This document shows positions 11,656-22,991 of a DNA stretch of 64,000 nt, piece after piece; positions within the stretch are counted from its first letter, which is position 1; the number at the start of each line of letters is the position of its first letter. The DNA lies in the NCBI GenBank assembly GCA_964019425.1, contig OZ025789.1, positions 1,364,001 to 1,428,000 of the forward strand, given 5' to 3'. The notes beneath the pieces are model-generated. The model worked only from the letters and a program-made list of their open reading frames with translations, had not been told where the DNA came from and made no database searches. A program made the position numbers and the translations under genes. Source of the DNA: Flectonema sp. DT1601. Lineage: Eukaryota.

Positions 11656-12712
11656 ATAGTTCATCCTTTTTTATTAATCTTATAGAACCTTATCACTTAG
11701 AAAAGAAACTTTTACAAACCCAGTACTCATTTATGGTTAGATGAATGAATATTTGCTTCATTTTATTTCCTCTCTTCTTTTTTTTCTTTTTCGGGATTTG
11801 CTTGAGTGAGAGAGAGCATGCAAATTCGAATGATAGAAAGGAAGTAATTAATAGAAAAGGAAACAAACATCATCGTGAGCTCATCTTTTTTTTGTGAGAC
11901 TTCTTTCGAGTCGAATTGCGAAAAACGTTTCTCTTCGCTCATTGAAGTCAACTTCGTGCTCTGCTGTTTGTGGTTAGCTCACGGAAGTGTTTATGTCAAT
12001 CTGAAGAACTTATCATTTCTTTGTACGTGTTGATAAATACGAATACATCTTTCAGTGAAACCTATCAAGTTGGTGGGCCTCTCACTTTATGCATGTCGTA
12101 TTAACCACAATGTAGACTTCTGTTGGTTGAAAATAAAAAAAATAACTGGTTCTGTACATTACTATATTTCTTTTCCTTTTACTTCTAACTATGTGAGGAG
12201 TCTCAGTCAAGTATCAAGTCTCTTAACATGTTTATTGGATCTTCCGACAAGAAGTTATCCTCCCTGGTACTCTTTGTACAAATGGGAAAGAGTGTTGAGG
12301 CTTTACTGCCTGACTTCTTTATATTTGTTTTTTTTTCACAAAAACGGAGAAAAAAAAGGAATCAAATAAGAAAGGAGAATAAAAAAAAGAAGGAAGAAAA
12401 AAAAAAGGAATTGAAATGAAATAAAATACTCTAAAACCCGGACAGCACATTGCGCCCGGGGAACGTAAGCAATTCTTGAACCAGTTTCAAGCAAAAAGAA
12501 AAAAAAATATGAACGAAAAACAGCAAGGCAAAGAACTCGCTACATAAAAACATATTTCACGCGCGTGCACCCCTTGCGCTTGTTGTCTGCATCAGGGAAC
12601 TTTGAATTTCGATGTACCAAAACGTCTTTTAAAAAAACATTCTTTTAAATATTCAGGTGGAAGTAGCACTTTAATTCTATAAGTGAAAAAGAGAGGTATT
12701 TTTATTAATAAA

Positions 12713-13035
12713 ATGATTACCTGGATAATATGGAACACACTACTTGTTGTTGTTCTTTATTACATTGTTGGATTCCTTACAACTATTGGCCCTGGTGCGG
12801 TATGTACACGTCAATGAACAGAGTTGATTTCGTACTTTCTTTGCAGGTTTTTAGACACACAAATCTAAAACAGACTCTCGCTCGAAAATTTGAAAAGTGG
12901 ATGGAGGGTATTGCAGTTTCACTTCGTCCAGCTGGTTATTGGACAGGCGATGAATATTTTTATAGTAAGTTAAAAAAACAAAAGCATAGACTGCTTGAGG
13001 GAGCAGATGCACCTGCCCTGATACCTGCTTACTGA
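12713..13035 (+). CDS. Small predicted membrane protein, 2 exons (12713-12799, 12874-13035; 82 aa)
   Basis: Exon 1 MITWIIWNTLLVVVLYYIVGFLTTIGPGA is hydrophobic and ends at a phase-0 GTATGT donor (12800). The AAAACAG acceptor at 12873 resumes in frame with TLARKFEKWMEG...PAY*. Confidence 0.65.
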
Positions 13036-13309
13036 TAGCTACATTACGGTTTTGGAAACAAAACACGCTATTCGCTCTGACTTACTGCCATGTGAATACT
13101 AGCCTTGACTCGTAATCCACGCCACCAGTACAGGCAGTAAGAGCATCTTATGAATAGAATCACATTATGGAATTACTTTTTATTATTATCTTCTTTCATC
13201 AGACATGTGTACTTCTATGGAGTCAGATATCACTGAGATCGTTCTGTTTAAACAACACTACACTAAATATTATAATATTCCCCTTTACCTTTTTAGACAG
13301 CAAATAATA

Positions 13310-13987
13310 ATGTTAGAAGAAGGCATGCTTGAAGGCATGAGTTGGGTAGTGCGGGAGATAAAGTTTCTTCGAGAAGAAATGAAAGAAGTTCAGGGCGCTG
13401 TGAACAGGCTGACATTAGGATTGCAAGAGGAAAGAGAAAAGCAAGAATCTGCAGAGCAAGACTCGATCGTGGTATTGGAATTACTGAGGAAGAAGATTGA
13501 CGCAAGTGAAATGAAGATACTGAGCTTAGAGAAAGATGAGAAAGAAAGAGGTGATGACTATCTCGAACTACTAAAAGGAGAAATTAAAACTCGAACCTGG
13601 CATGACTCTCAACAAGCAAGTAAAGTAGAAGACTTAGAAAGAAGAGTTGGAGAAAGTATCAGCGAATTAGAATCGATAATCTCAGATCTGCAAAACAGAC
13701 CACCTGACCGTTCAACAACTGACACAGACATGGCTCTAAGTCCATTATCACCACCTTCTTATAGTTCTCAAGCCCCTGGTACTCCTAGCACTGCGATTAA
13801 GTTAACAGATAACCAACATATATTTGATAAAATCAGCGCCAACACTGAATGTATTGAAGAGCTTCAGCATGAATTTTCTCTTCTTGGAAAGCTCTTTGAA
13901 AACACACGTCAGTCAGCTTCCACAGAAATGACGAAACTTGATCTTCAATTAAAACAATACGTCGATCAGAAACTCACTCAGTCTTGA
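13310..13987 (+). CDS. Hypothetical coiled-coil protein
   Basis: E/K/L-rich heptad-like sequence. Likely start is ATG 13310 after the pyrimidine-rich acceptor ttttagacag; the ORF track start at 13205 is possible. Confidence 0.7.
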   Translation: MLEEGMLEGMSWVVREIKFLREEMKEVQGAVNRLTLGLQEEREKQESAEQDSIVVLELLRKKIDASEMKILSLEKDEKERGDDYLELLKGEIKTRTWHDSQQASKVEDLERRVGESISELESIISDLQNRPPDRSTTDTDMALSPLSPPSYSSQAPGTPSTAIKLTDNQHIFDKISANTECIEELQHEFSLLGKLFENTRQSASTEMTKLDLQLKQYVDQKLTQS

Positions 13988-14286
13988 GAAAGTTGTGTTT
14001 TTTTAGTTTCTAATTCTTCCGATCTTTTTTTTCCATCTTCCATGTTGTAACAGTTTAGTTTTTGTATTCATTTTCAGTTTCTGATGTAGTCAGGAAAATG
14101 CAGTAAAAATCATTATTTGAATGACAAAAAAAAAAATCTTACGCTCCTCATTTTCACTCACAGGGGATAATATAGACAGACTGTTTATGTTGTGTTTTTT
14201 TTTTTTTTTTTTTTTTCATTCTTAAAAAATTTACTTTTTGTTGTCGTCGAATATAATCATTCCTCTTCTTTAGAAAATAAACGAAA

Positions 14287-16440
14287 ATGACTAGTTTGCA
14301 AACAGCTTGCATTCTGTTGTCAGCTCTGGTGGTATCTCTCGGGGGACAGTCTTGTGAATGTGGTGTTTTTAGTTATCCGAATCCAGTTGTCCGTTCCAAC
14401 GATTCAACTGAATTCAAAGGACTGAGAGAAAGGAAATGTTTAAAAGGTGGCAGCGACTTGGTATCAATCGCTGCGAGTGAACCAGAATGTCGCAAATTAT
14501 GCGAAGAAGAGTCTGACTGTGAAGGTTACGAAGTTAGTGGAAAATTCTGTAGAACAGTGAGACACGCTAAAATGATAAACTGTCACAAAGAATCAACCAG
14601 TAGTAACATAAGAGATCCACCTAAAATGATTGACTGTCCACTTGTAACAGAAGCTGGTAAGAATCAAAACCCTTTCTTATCAACACCACTTCCTGAGTAT
14701 CCAAGACCACAAGAAGTTCGTGATTATGAAGATTTACATCTTCGCTGGGTCAACTTAAATGGATTTTGGGAATTTGAAGCTGCCGGGTCTGGTAATGCTT
14801 CTCATCCGCCTCCGTTTCCGAAGGTTCCACTCGGATCAAAAATAGTTGTGCCGTACCCACCAGAGAGTTGTCTTTCAGGTATTTGGGTGAATCACTACGG
14901 TAATGATAAGATACCACAATCTAGTGATGCCTGGACTACTCAACTTTGGTACAGACGTAAAGTTGATCTACGAAAGGGAAAAAAAACTTTAATACATTTT
15001 GAAGCATCAGACTGGACGACATTTGTGTACGCAAACAGAAAGCTGATCGGAAAGAATATCGGAGGCTACAATCCATTCTCTTTTGAACTTCCTGAAGTTA
15101 ACGAAGACAGCAGTATTGAGATTCTGGTATTCGTTTTTGATCCAACTGATTATGGACATCAAGTTGCTGGTAAGCAAAGAATTACAGCAATATTACAAGC
15201 GTCTGGTGATACATACACACCTTCTTCTGGTATTTGGCAAACCGTCTGGTTGGAGGAAGTTCCAACCACAAGAATTAGTAACGTCGTACTTACTCCAACT
15301 TTAAACTCTATATCTCTTGACGTCTCAACTGAAGGAATTGAAGCCTTAACTCTGATTCAAGTTCATGTTTATAAACCTAAGACTACTGAAGTTATAGCTG
15401 CTGGGATTGGTAAGGTTGGAGAGGAATTAAATATTTCGATACCAGATGCGCTTAACTGGTCACCTGATATTCCAAATCTCTACAACTGTACAATTGCTCT
15501 TGTTGACGGTCAGGGTCAGCTAGTTGATAGGGTTCGCATGTACTTCGCTCTGAGAGTGTTCTCAATGTCGATGTTTAAGAATGATGTTGGTAAAGATGTA
15601 TTACGTCCGACACTAAATGGAAAAAAGATTTTTGCAAGTGGATGGCTTGATCAATCGTGGTTTCCAGATGGTATGTACACTCCAGCCACGTTAGAAATTC
15701 TTGAAGGAGATTTGTTATACGCAAAGGAAATGGGATTTAATATGATACGACTTCATCAAAAGATTAATCCGAGAACGTTTTATGCATTCGCTGATAAGAT
15801 CGGAATTATGATCTATCAAGATATGCCACAACACTATACTGATGCTCATGGGATTAAACCTGACACTGAATTGTTCAAGTCTGAGGTGGCTCGTATTATA
15901 TCCTCACGGGTTAACTGTCCATCAATCGTTCAATGGATTTTATTTAATGAGAAAGACATGGTTTTGCATTTTAATGTAAGTGAGGTCATTGATATCGTTC
16001 ATCAAACTGATACAACGAATTCAAGATTAATTGACGCTATGAGTGGAGGTCCTACCAACATAAACCAACTTGGAAATGTACAAGACATTCATCATTATCC
16101 CTACCCGATTGATATCAATATCACTAGTACGCAGTACGCTATGGCAGGTGAGTGGGGTGGAATTGCTTTATTCGCAACACCATCTCATCAATGGCTTCCC
16201 GGTAGGTGTTATGGATTTACTCACGCGACATCACCAGCTGATGTGGTTCGTTTGTTTTCAGCTGCGATTAATGACTTTATCCCAAAAACTATTAATACAA
16301 GTGCTTCAGTTATAACCGGAAGTACTGACATTGAGAGAGAATGTGATGGGTACTTCACGTACGATAGAATAAGGAAATTGAATTCAACATACACTTCTCA
16401 GATGGCTGCCGTTAATATGAAACTAATTAATTCAGTTTAA
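14287..16440 (+). CDS. Secreted glycoside hydrolase family 2 protein with an N-terminal PAN/apple-like domain
   Basis: Signal peptide, Cys-rich PAN-like module, then GH2 motifs PEYPRPQ, NLNGFWEF, SGIWQTVWLE, WSPD.PNLY, MGFNMIRLHQK, WILFNE (acid/base) and AGEWGG (nucleophile). Intronless. Confidence 0.9.
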   Translation: MTSLQTACILLSALVVSLGGQSCECGVFSYPNPVVRSNDSTEFKGLRERKCLKGGSDLVSIAASEPECRKLCEEESDCEGYEVSGKFCRTVRHAKMINCHKESTSSNIRDPPKMIDCPLVTEAGKNQNPFLSTPLPEYPRPQEVRDYEDLHLRWVNLNGFWEFEAAGSGNASHPPPFPKVPLGSKIVVPYPPESCLSGIWVNHYGNDKIPQSSDAWTTQLWYRRKVDLRKGKKTLIHFEASDWTTFVYANRKLIGKNIGGYNPFSFELPEVNEDSSIEILVFVFDPTDYGHQVAGKQRITAILQASGDTYTPSSGIWQTVWLEEVPTTRISNVVLTPTLNSISLDVSTEGIEALTLIQVHVYKPKTTEVIAAGIGKVGEELNISIPDALNWSPDIPNLYNCTIALVDGQGQLVDRVRMYFALRVFSMSMFKNDVGKDVLRPTLNGKKIFASGWLDQSWFPDGMYTPATLEILEGDLLYAKEMGFNMIRLHQKINPRTFYAFADKIGIMIYQDMPQHYTDAHGIKPDTELFKSEVARIISSRVNCPSIVQWILFNEKDMVLHFNVSEVIDIVHQTDTTNSRLIDAMSGGPTNINQLGNVQDIHHYPYPIDINITSTQYAMAGEWGGIALFATPSHQWLPGRCYGFTHATSPADVVRLFSAAINDFIPKTINTSASVITGSTDIERECDGYFTYDRIRKLNSTYTSQMAAVNMKLINSV

Positions 16441-16523
16441 GTTGTTCTCTAAAATTATTTGAGTATTTGTTCTTCATGTGTGCCTCAGCACATGTGGCAA
16501 CGGTAGCTGTCATCTTTTATGGG

Positions 16524-16562
<39 letters not shown>

Positions 16563-17787
16563 GCGAAACTTAATTATTATGATATCCCGTAGAACTCGGG
16601 ATATATCTGCTGGGAGAGTAACACCTTCTTGCAAGCTGATGGTCCTTAGTCTAGATCCGTTGTTTTGTCTTGATTTAAAAATATAGTTAGCATTAGAAAA
16701 CCTTTGTTCTCTTGCTGGGGCTTTACCCCTCTGTTTTTTTGTTGCGTGAATTTTATATATTCTTTTTTTTTTCTCTGTTCCAACAGCTGACGAACTGTCA
16801 TCTTTACCTGATCCTGATCCTTTTGTTTTCATTTCTTGAGTGATATGGCTGTGTGTTGCCCAATTTGTGCTTTTATAATGCTTTGGACAACTGGGGGTTA
16901 ACGATCCTCAGATGCTATTCCAAGGGTTTCTATTTTCTTTCGTATTATGTAGCGCACATGGTCGTATTATCAAGAAATATTCAATATAAGTAATAAAAAA
17001 AATTATTTTTTTTCACCTTGCTTTCCCCTCTTTCGTTTCAATTCACCCCCCCCAATGATTTATTTATCGAAGTCCCCCCCAAATTAGTTCTTTTCTTTTA
17101 TTTGTTGTTTTTCAACCTGTTTCTTTCTGGGCAAAGTGGGAACTGCGGGGTTTATCACATTCTCCGGAGCTATGCACTGCTATATCTTCGCGATTGGGTT
17201 CTTACTTCCTCATCAGTTATGGATTTTGCTAACGAACTAAATTTGTTTTTTTTTTTTTTGTTTTTTGATCGAATGATAAGTATTAATACTAACTTATTAT
17301 TGTTTCCTTTTTGTTGACTTAGTGTGTGGTCCTCAGATGGATGCTCTTTTTTATTTTATTTTTATTGTTTATTCCTACCCTTGGCTGTTTATGTGTGATT
17401 ATTGCCAAGGGGAAGGAGGATTCGAGAGCAGTACAAAAAAAAGTTATGTTATTATTTATTTTAGTTGGTTAATTACTTTTTTTTCTAAATTGGCAGATTC
17501 TCAATTTCCCTCCAAACTACCCCGAGTCTGACCCCCCAGGATTCTTACATGACTTCTACACCATAACTGATGATGAAAGAATAGAGGTAAGAGGTATATG
17601 GATTACTCTCGAAACCTAATAGTTACTTTAAAAGGCTAAGTTAAGCATCACACCTAGTCACTGTATCTAAAATTATCGTTATTTGTTTATGATACGTTTA
17701 TGGTACAATATATATTTGTATTTTACGTACAAAGTCAAACAGTTAACCCCACGAAGAAGAAAGAAAAAATTTTAAAACAAAAAAAAA

Positions 17788-17829
<42 letters not shown>

Positions 17830-18615
17830 CAGATTAGATGAATGAGAAGGGATTGTTTTTTCATGTTGATCGTCCCCTCATTATTTACCGTTGACTCTTT
17901 ATGCAGCCTCTATGAGTCGTAGCTCCCTCCCTCTGTCGCCATACTACACTATACCTCTGGTTTTCCAGGGATGACTATTAATTTGTTAATAAATCGATTT
18001 TATACTGCACTGAATGACAACACGAAAAAAATAGACGTGCGTTGCAGCTAAAAACATTTATTATGGTGTAAAGTCGATAACTAACATTAAGTTTAGTCGC
18101 TGTAATCATGGCGTTTCAAACGTTTTGGTTCAGATTTTTTTCTTTCCTCCATTCTTTTCGTTTCTGATATGCCACAGAGAGCAAACTACAAAAAAAAAAA
18201 AGAAAAATGTTATTTTAAAAACCTCGTGTAAGGAGTGGCCGTGCGTTAGCAGTTTGATTTCTTGTTGAGGAAATGAATCATGTTAATCTGTTCTTCGTTA
18301 TCAACAGAGCGTCTTTACGTTCTGCGTTCTGTTGATTGTGTATCCGTGTGTCGAAAGTAACATATATAATCCTCTGTAATCTACATAGTTACCCACTCTC
18401 TTTGAGAGGTCATTCAACATACACTTGATAGCATGTTGAACTACCGAGTCAGGGATGCTCCGAAGAAATATGTTTTTTTAATTTTAGCCCGATAACCCAA
18501 CCCAATGTTTGTTGTCCACCGAATTATTATTTATTTTTTTTTTTTTTTTTTATATTCGATTTATTGATTGATCTCATGGGTAGTAATACGAACGGAAATG
18601 GAATTGTTAAACAAA

Positions 18616-18802
18616 TATTAATAGTGATAATGCAGCCCTGCTATTAATAGTGATAATGCAGCCCTGCTATTAATAGTGATAATGCAGCCCTGCTATTAAT
18701 AGTGATAATGCAGCCCTGTTATTAATAGTGATAATGCAGCCCTGCTATTAATAGTGATAATGCAGCCCTGTTATTAATAGTGATAATGCAGCCCTGTTAT
18801 TA
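18616..18802. repeat. Minisatellite, 7 x 26 bp (tattaatagtgataatgcagccctg[c/t])
   Basis: Units start at 18616, 18642, 18668, 18694, 18720, 18746 and 18772, with no spacers. Confidence 0.97.
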
Positions 18803-20581
18803 GGCTCCTTCATTTGGGAGCTCAGGTTTGTTTGGAGTGAACGGCTTGCCTGGTCATGTTCCAGGTTTTTTATTTTCTTTCGTGATACGTTGCTTAATAC
18901 ACTAACTTCAGTGGTCTGTATGGTTAACACGTACGAATGTTCAGCATTAGAAATAAGGAAAAAACACGAATACTATAGGACAGAATTATAAAGGAAATGA
19001 GAATAAGAACAAATAGTTCACTCATCATACACAGTGATTAAAGAAATTCACAATCTGTGGACGGTAGAGCTATATTGCTACCATAGTATAGGAAATACTC
19101 GACTTACTGAGCTTCTCTACTAGATCCACTACTACTACGAGCAGATAGAACCGAAGTGGACCATAAGATGCGAGGTACTCCTACTCAAAGCTACACGTGC
19201 TCTTCAAACTTAGCCCCCCTGAAATTAAATATAAATAGTATCAAATTGAGATTACTCTTACTGCGATACTTGTTTATTTATATATATGATTGAATAATTA
19301 AATAAAAAAGTAAAATATAACCATGGGACGGGGATTAGAGGAGAACGGTTTTTTTCTTTCTTTCCAGCGCAACGTTAACACCCTTACTTTATAGACTTGT
19401 TTCCGATTGCGCACAAACAAAAACAAAGGTGTGAGAATTATTTAGTGAGGGTACAAGATTATTTTTTTATTTTATTTTTTTACTTCTCTTTTATTCCGAC
19501 TTAGTTTCCTATTAGTATACCAAACAAAGTGGAAGCCTTGTAGTTGCAGTTTTGTCAAAAAGGTTTTTCCTTGGGTATATTAACCATGATTATTGTATCA
19601 TTTTTTGAAAAACTAAAAAAAAAAAAAAATCGGAGATGTAGTATACCCTGTGTCGAAACTGGTAGAATAGTCCTCTGGATTAGGTTCAGGTTCAATCTTC
19701 TACCTCAGTATTGGAGACGCTCGAAGAGCTACCCGATACTCGGTAGTCTGTTTGACTCTCTAACTAAGTTACGATAAGGGGAATAGTCCGAAGAAAGATT
19801 CTTTTAATCTTAGCCCGAAAACCAACCATTATTTGTTTGTTGTCGTACGAACTTTTACATTTTTTTTTTTTTTTTTTTTTGATTGACTGATAATTATTAA
19901 TAATAACGAAGTTACCTCTCCTCAACCTAGACAACGAATTCTGGGGTGAGACAAAAATATATTTCCCTTTTCATGTTTTCTTTTTTCTAAACTTCCTTTT
20001 CTTTGATTGAAAACTACAAATATTCCTTTCAGGTACTTTTGATATTAATTTTGTATTAATTAAAGTTGTTTAAAGTCTTAGTCGTAGTATGTGGGTAAGG
20101 GGAGTTTTTATTTATTTATTTATTGTTTTTTTTTTTTTTGGCGCACTGCTTTGTAACAAAGTTATATTATCATTCTTCTGGCCACGTCAGTTGATGTGTT
20201 TGTTTCTTTATGAGTTATCCCGTGAGCTGAATACTAAGAATAATCCATTCACGGAAATCTGATACTGGAAGCACACATTCAATTGTGACTTTGGTGTGAT
20301 GTTATGTATTCTAAATCCTTGTAGATGCTTGAAGCCTATCTGCCTTTTTTTTGTTTTTTTGTTTTTTTGCACTGACGAAGTCGGAAACGAAACTATTCAG
20401 CTATTAAGAATCGTGATTTATAATCGTATTGTCCTACCCTGTCTGCGATGTCCGGGCTTAACTGAATGGTTTTCTTTTTTTTTTTGTTGAATGACAGCGT
20501 AGCTAACTAACCTCCTCCTTCTCATTAAGAAATCAGTTCTTTTGAAATAGACCAATTGATGGATCCGATTTATTATTTAAC

Positions 20582-20664
20582 TGGAATGAAGTCCCTAGAA
20601 CTTACTGATGAAGGCCTAAGAGGGACAAGTAGTATAAGATTAATGCCTGAAACTACGTATTCCA
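20582..20664 (+). ncRNA. Hammerhead-ribozyme-like motif (probably degenerate)
   Basis: CTGATGA (20605-11), stem II aggc/gcct, GAAAC (20649-53), then tacGTA. gtccct/agggac could form a pseudoknot into loop II. Stem I next to the core is imperfect. Confidence 0.4.
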
Positions 20665-22991
20665 CAGTGTATTATGGAACAGAAGAACAATGTGTTTTTA
20701 TAATTTCTTTTTTTTATATTTTATATTAGTGCACTTTTTTATGATATACTCATATTCTAACCTTGGCAAGTCCTTCGACCCATGTAATAATTTGGGAGCT
20801 ACTTGAAAAAAAATTAAGACTAGCGACTTCCAAGATAAGGATACCTATCACTGTGGCAATGCAACTGTCCAATAATTTTTGGGAATAGATGTATCAAATA
20901 AATACATCGTTACGATTTGTAATGCTGAACAACAGGCTCTGTTATCGGCGGTGAATCTGATCGAAAAGTACTGCCAAGTGAGGTGGGATTGTCAAACTAC
21001 TTCTTCTGTAATAAGAGAGATACGGACACTAATGGTGAAGTGTCCAGAGACTAACATCTTTGTTCAGTTTCATTTTTCGAGATAATATTTGACGTTCAGG
21101 GTGAATGATGATGTGGGATCAAAGCCTACACAAATACTTCACCGCTGAAATCAAATAAATCTTGAACCTTGTTAAATATTTGTCCGTTCATTCCGCTGTT
21201 CATTCAAAGTGCAAGGAGGAAGGTCTTCTGAATTTACTCAGATTGATCAAGTATGGCTTGATTTAGAAGAAGGCTGCTGTTTAGAATAGCAGCGTTACTA
21301 TTTGGTGTACTGTGAGTATTTCGTTTTGTTGTCGGTGTATTTGTTTAACGTATTTGTTTTTATTTATTAAATAAATAATAGTATTTACTTATTTTTTTAT
21401 TTTTATAGTTCAATAGTTTAATTAGCCAAAAAAAGAAAAAAAGAAAAAGAAATCTACAACTGCATAGTATCAGAGTTACATTAAAATATTAGGGAATCGG
21501 CAACTTTTAATTTTTACCCACTCCTGTGTTATGTGTGCAACCGGAAATTAATTATTTTTATCCAACGGTGCTGTATTATGGTGTTCCAGTAGAGTAACTC
21601 ACAGCAACAGCCGTTTTTTCGAAGATTCAAAACCGACGACTCCTCCTGATCAACAGGATGTGGTACTCGAAACAGACATCGCATATAGAATGTTGAACTA
21701 GCTTCAACAGAAGAGATGTCGTCATTTAACTTAAAAAATAATAATCAACACCAGTCTTCAGCTTTCCAACACCTTGCTTGTTATTAGTTACTGAAAAAAT
21801 GCTTTTTTTTTTGAACGAATGAAACAGGGTAAGTTAAGGAAGTGTCACATAGTTGGTCCAGCATGTGTGCTGCTGACCCCAACACATTATATAGATGAGA
21901 GAAGAAAGGTCTGATGTCAATCGAAGACTCACTAATTTATAACTTTTGATATTTATTCTGAGTGAACTCGCGAGATCGTTTGTTCTCGTGGACTTCGAAA
22001 ACTACTGCCTTCGATCTCAAAAATTTCTTTTAACCACATTTTTTTTTCTTTTCAAGTGCCTTTATTGGGTTTTAAGGTACTATTACTCTGTGAGCTTTTC
22101 CTGGCTTTTGGCTTCCTAGGCTTCGTAAATAAATAAGGTTCGTCAAATAGTATTGTTACTACTGTTTTAGGAGATTGATGAGAGGTCCTGATATAACATT
22201 ATTAAAAAATATTATTACCATTTTTTTTTTTTTTTTTTGTTGGGTTTTGTAGTGTTATTTTTTTCTTTTCTTCTTTCCAAAAATTCCAACGACCTTGAAC
22301 TATTACCCTCAATCAAGTATCTGTTGTTCGAGTTAGTGAGTAAAACGATCGATGGGTAATCATCTTATTTTTCTTCTTTTAATTGAAGATGGGCTTCGAT
22401 AACTTCAAAACGTTCGACTTTTTCTCACTTCCGTTTGGATCTCTTGTTCCTCCCTTTTTTTTTTTTTTTTTTTTTTTTTGTTATTTTGATCTATCTATAA
22501 AAAAACAAAAAAACAAAAACAAAAAATTGAAGAAAAAAAAAAATATAAGTCTCGCATTCTCAAAACGTTTTACGTGTCACACGGGATGCTGAAGATTCTT
22601 TTTTATATTTTTATTTTCATCATTTGTCATGTATAAAAAAAAAAAAAAAACGGAGAACTTTAAGTTATAAAATTATTTGGTTGGTATATTTTCATTTATT
22701 TTTCTCTGAGATTTTCTCTGTACTTCTCCGACAAACTTTCTACAGAGAAAACACTTCTATTGTGAGGAGTGATGAAGGAGTGATTAATCGGCTTGGCTGC
22801 TGTGATTTCTTTCGCAGTGTGTTCAGCACGATACTTGTTTTTGATCTTAGATGAGATGAGTCGTTAATGTTAAGATTTATTTTGTTTTAACCATAATAAC
22901 ATAATAACTATACAAATGAGGAGGTGTTATAAACAAGAATGAGACTACTCATCATATTACTATTCGTTTTCAGCTTAACTTAATCTACAAA

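Noticed and set aside
18616..18802. CRISPR array
   Set aside because: Repeats are head-to-tail with no spacers, there are no cas genes, and the context is eukaryotic.
16557..22854. Short F/K/L-rich ORFs in the intergenic tract and in the array spacers
   Set aside because: They arise from poly-T or poly-A runs or non-ATG starts, show no motifs, and one spacer ORF is disrupted in unit 5.
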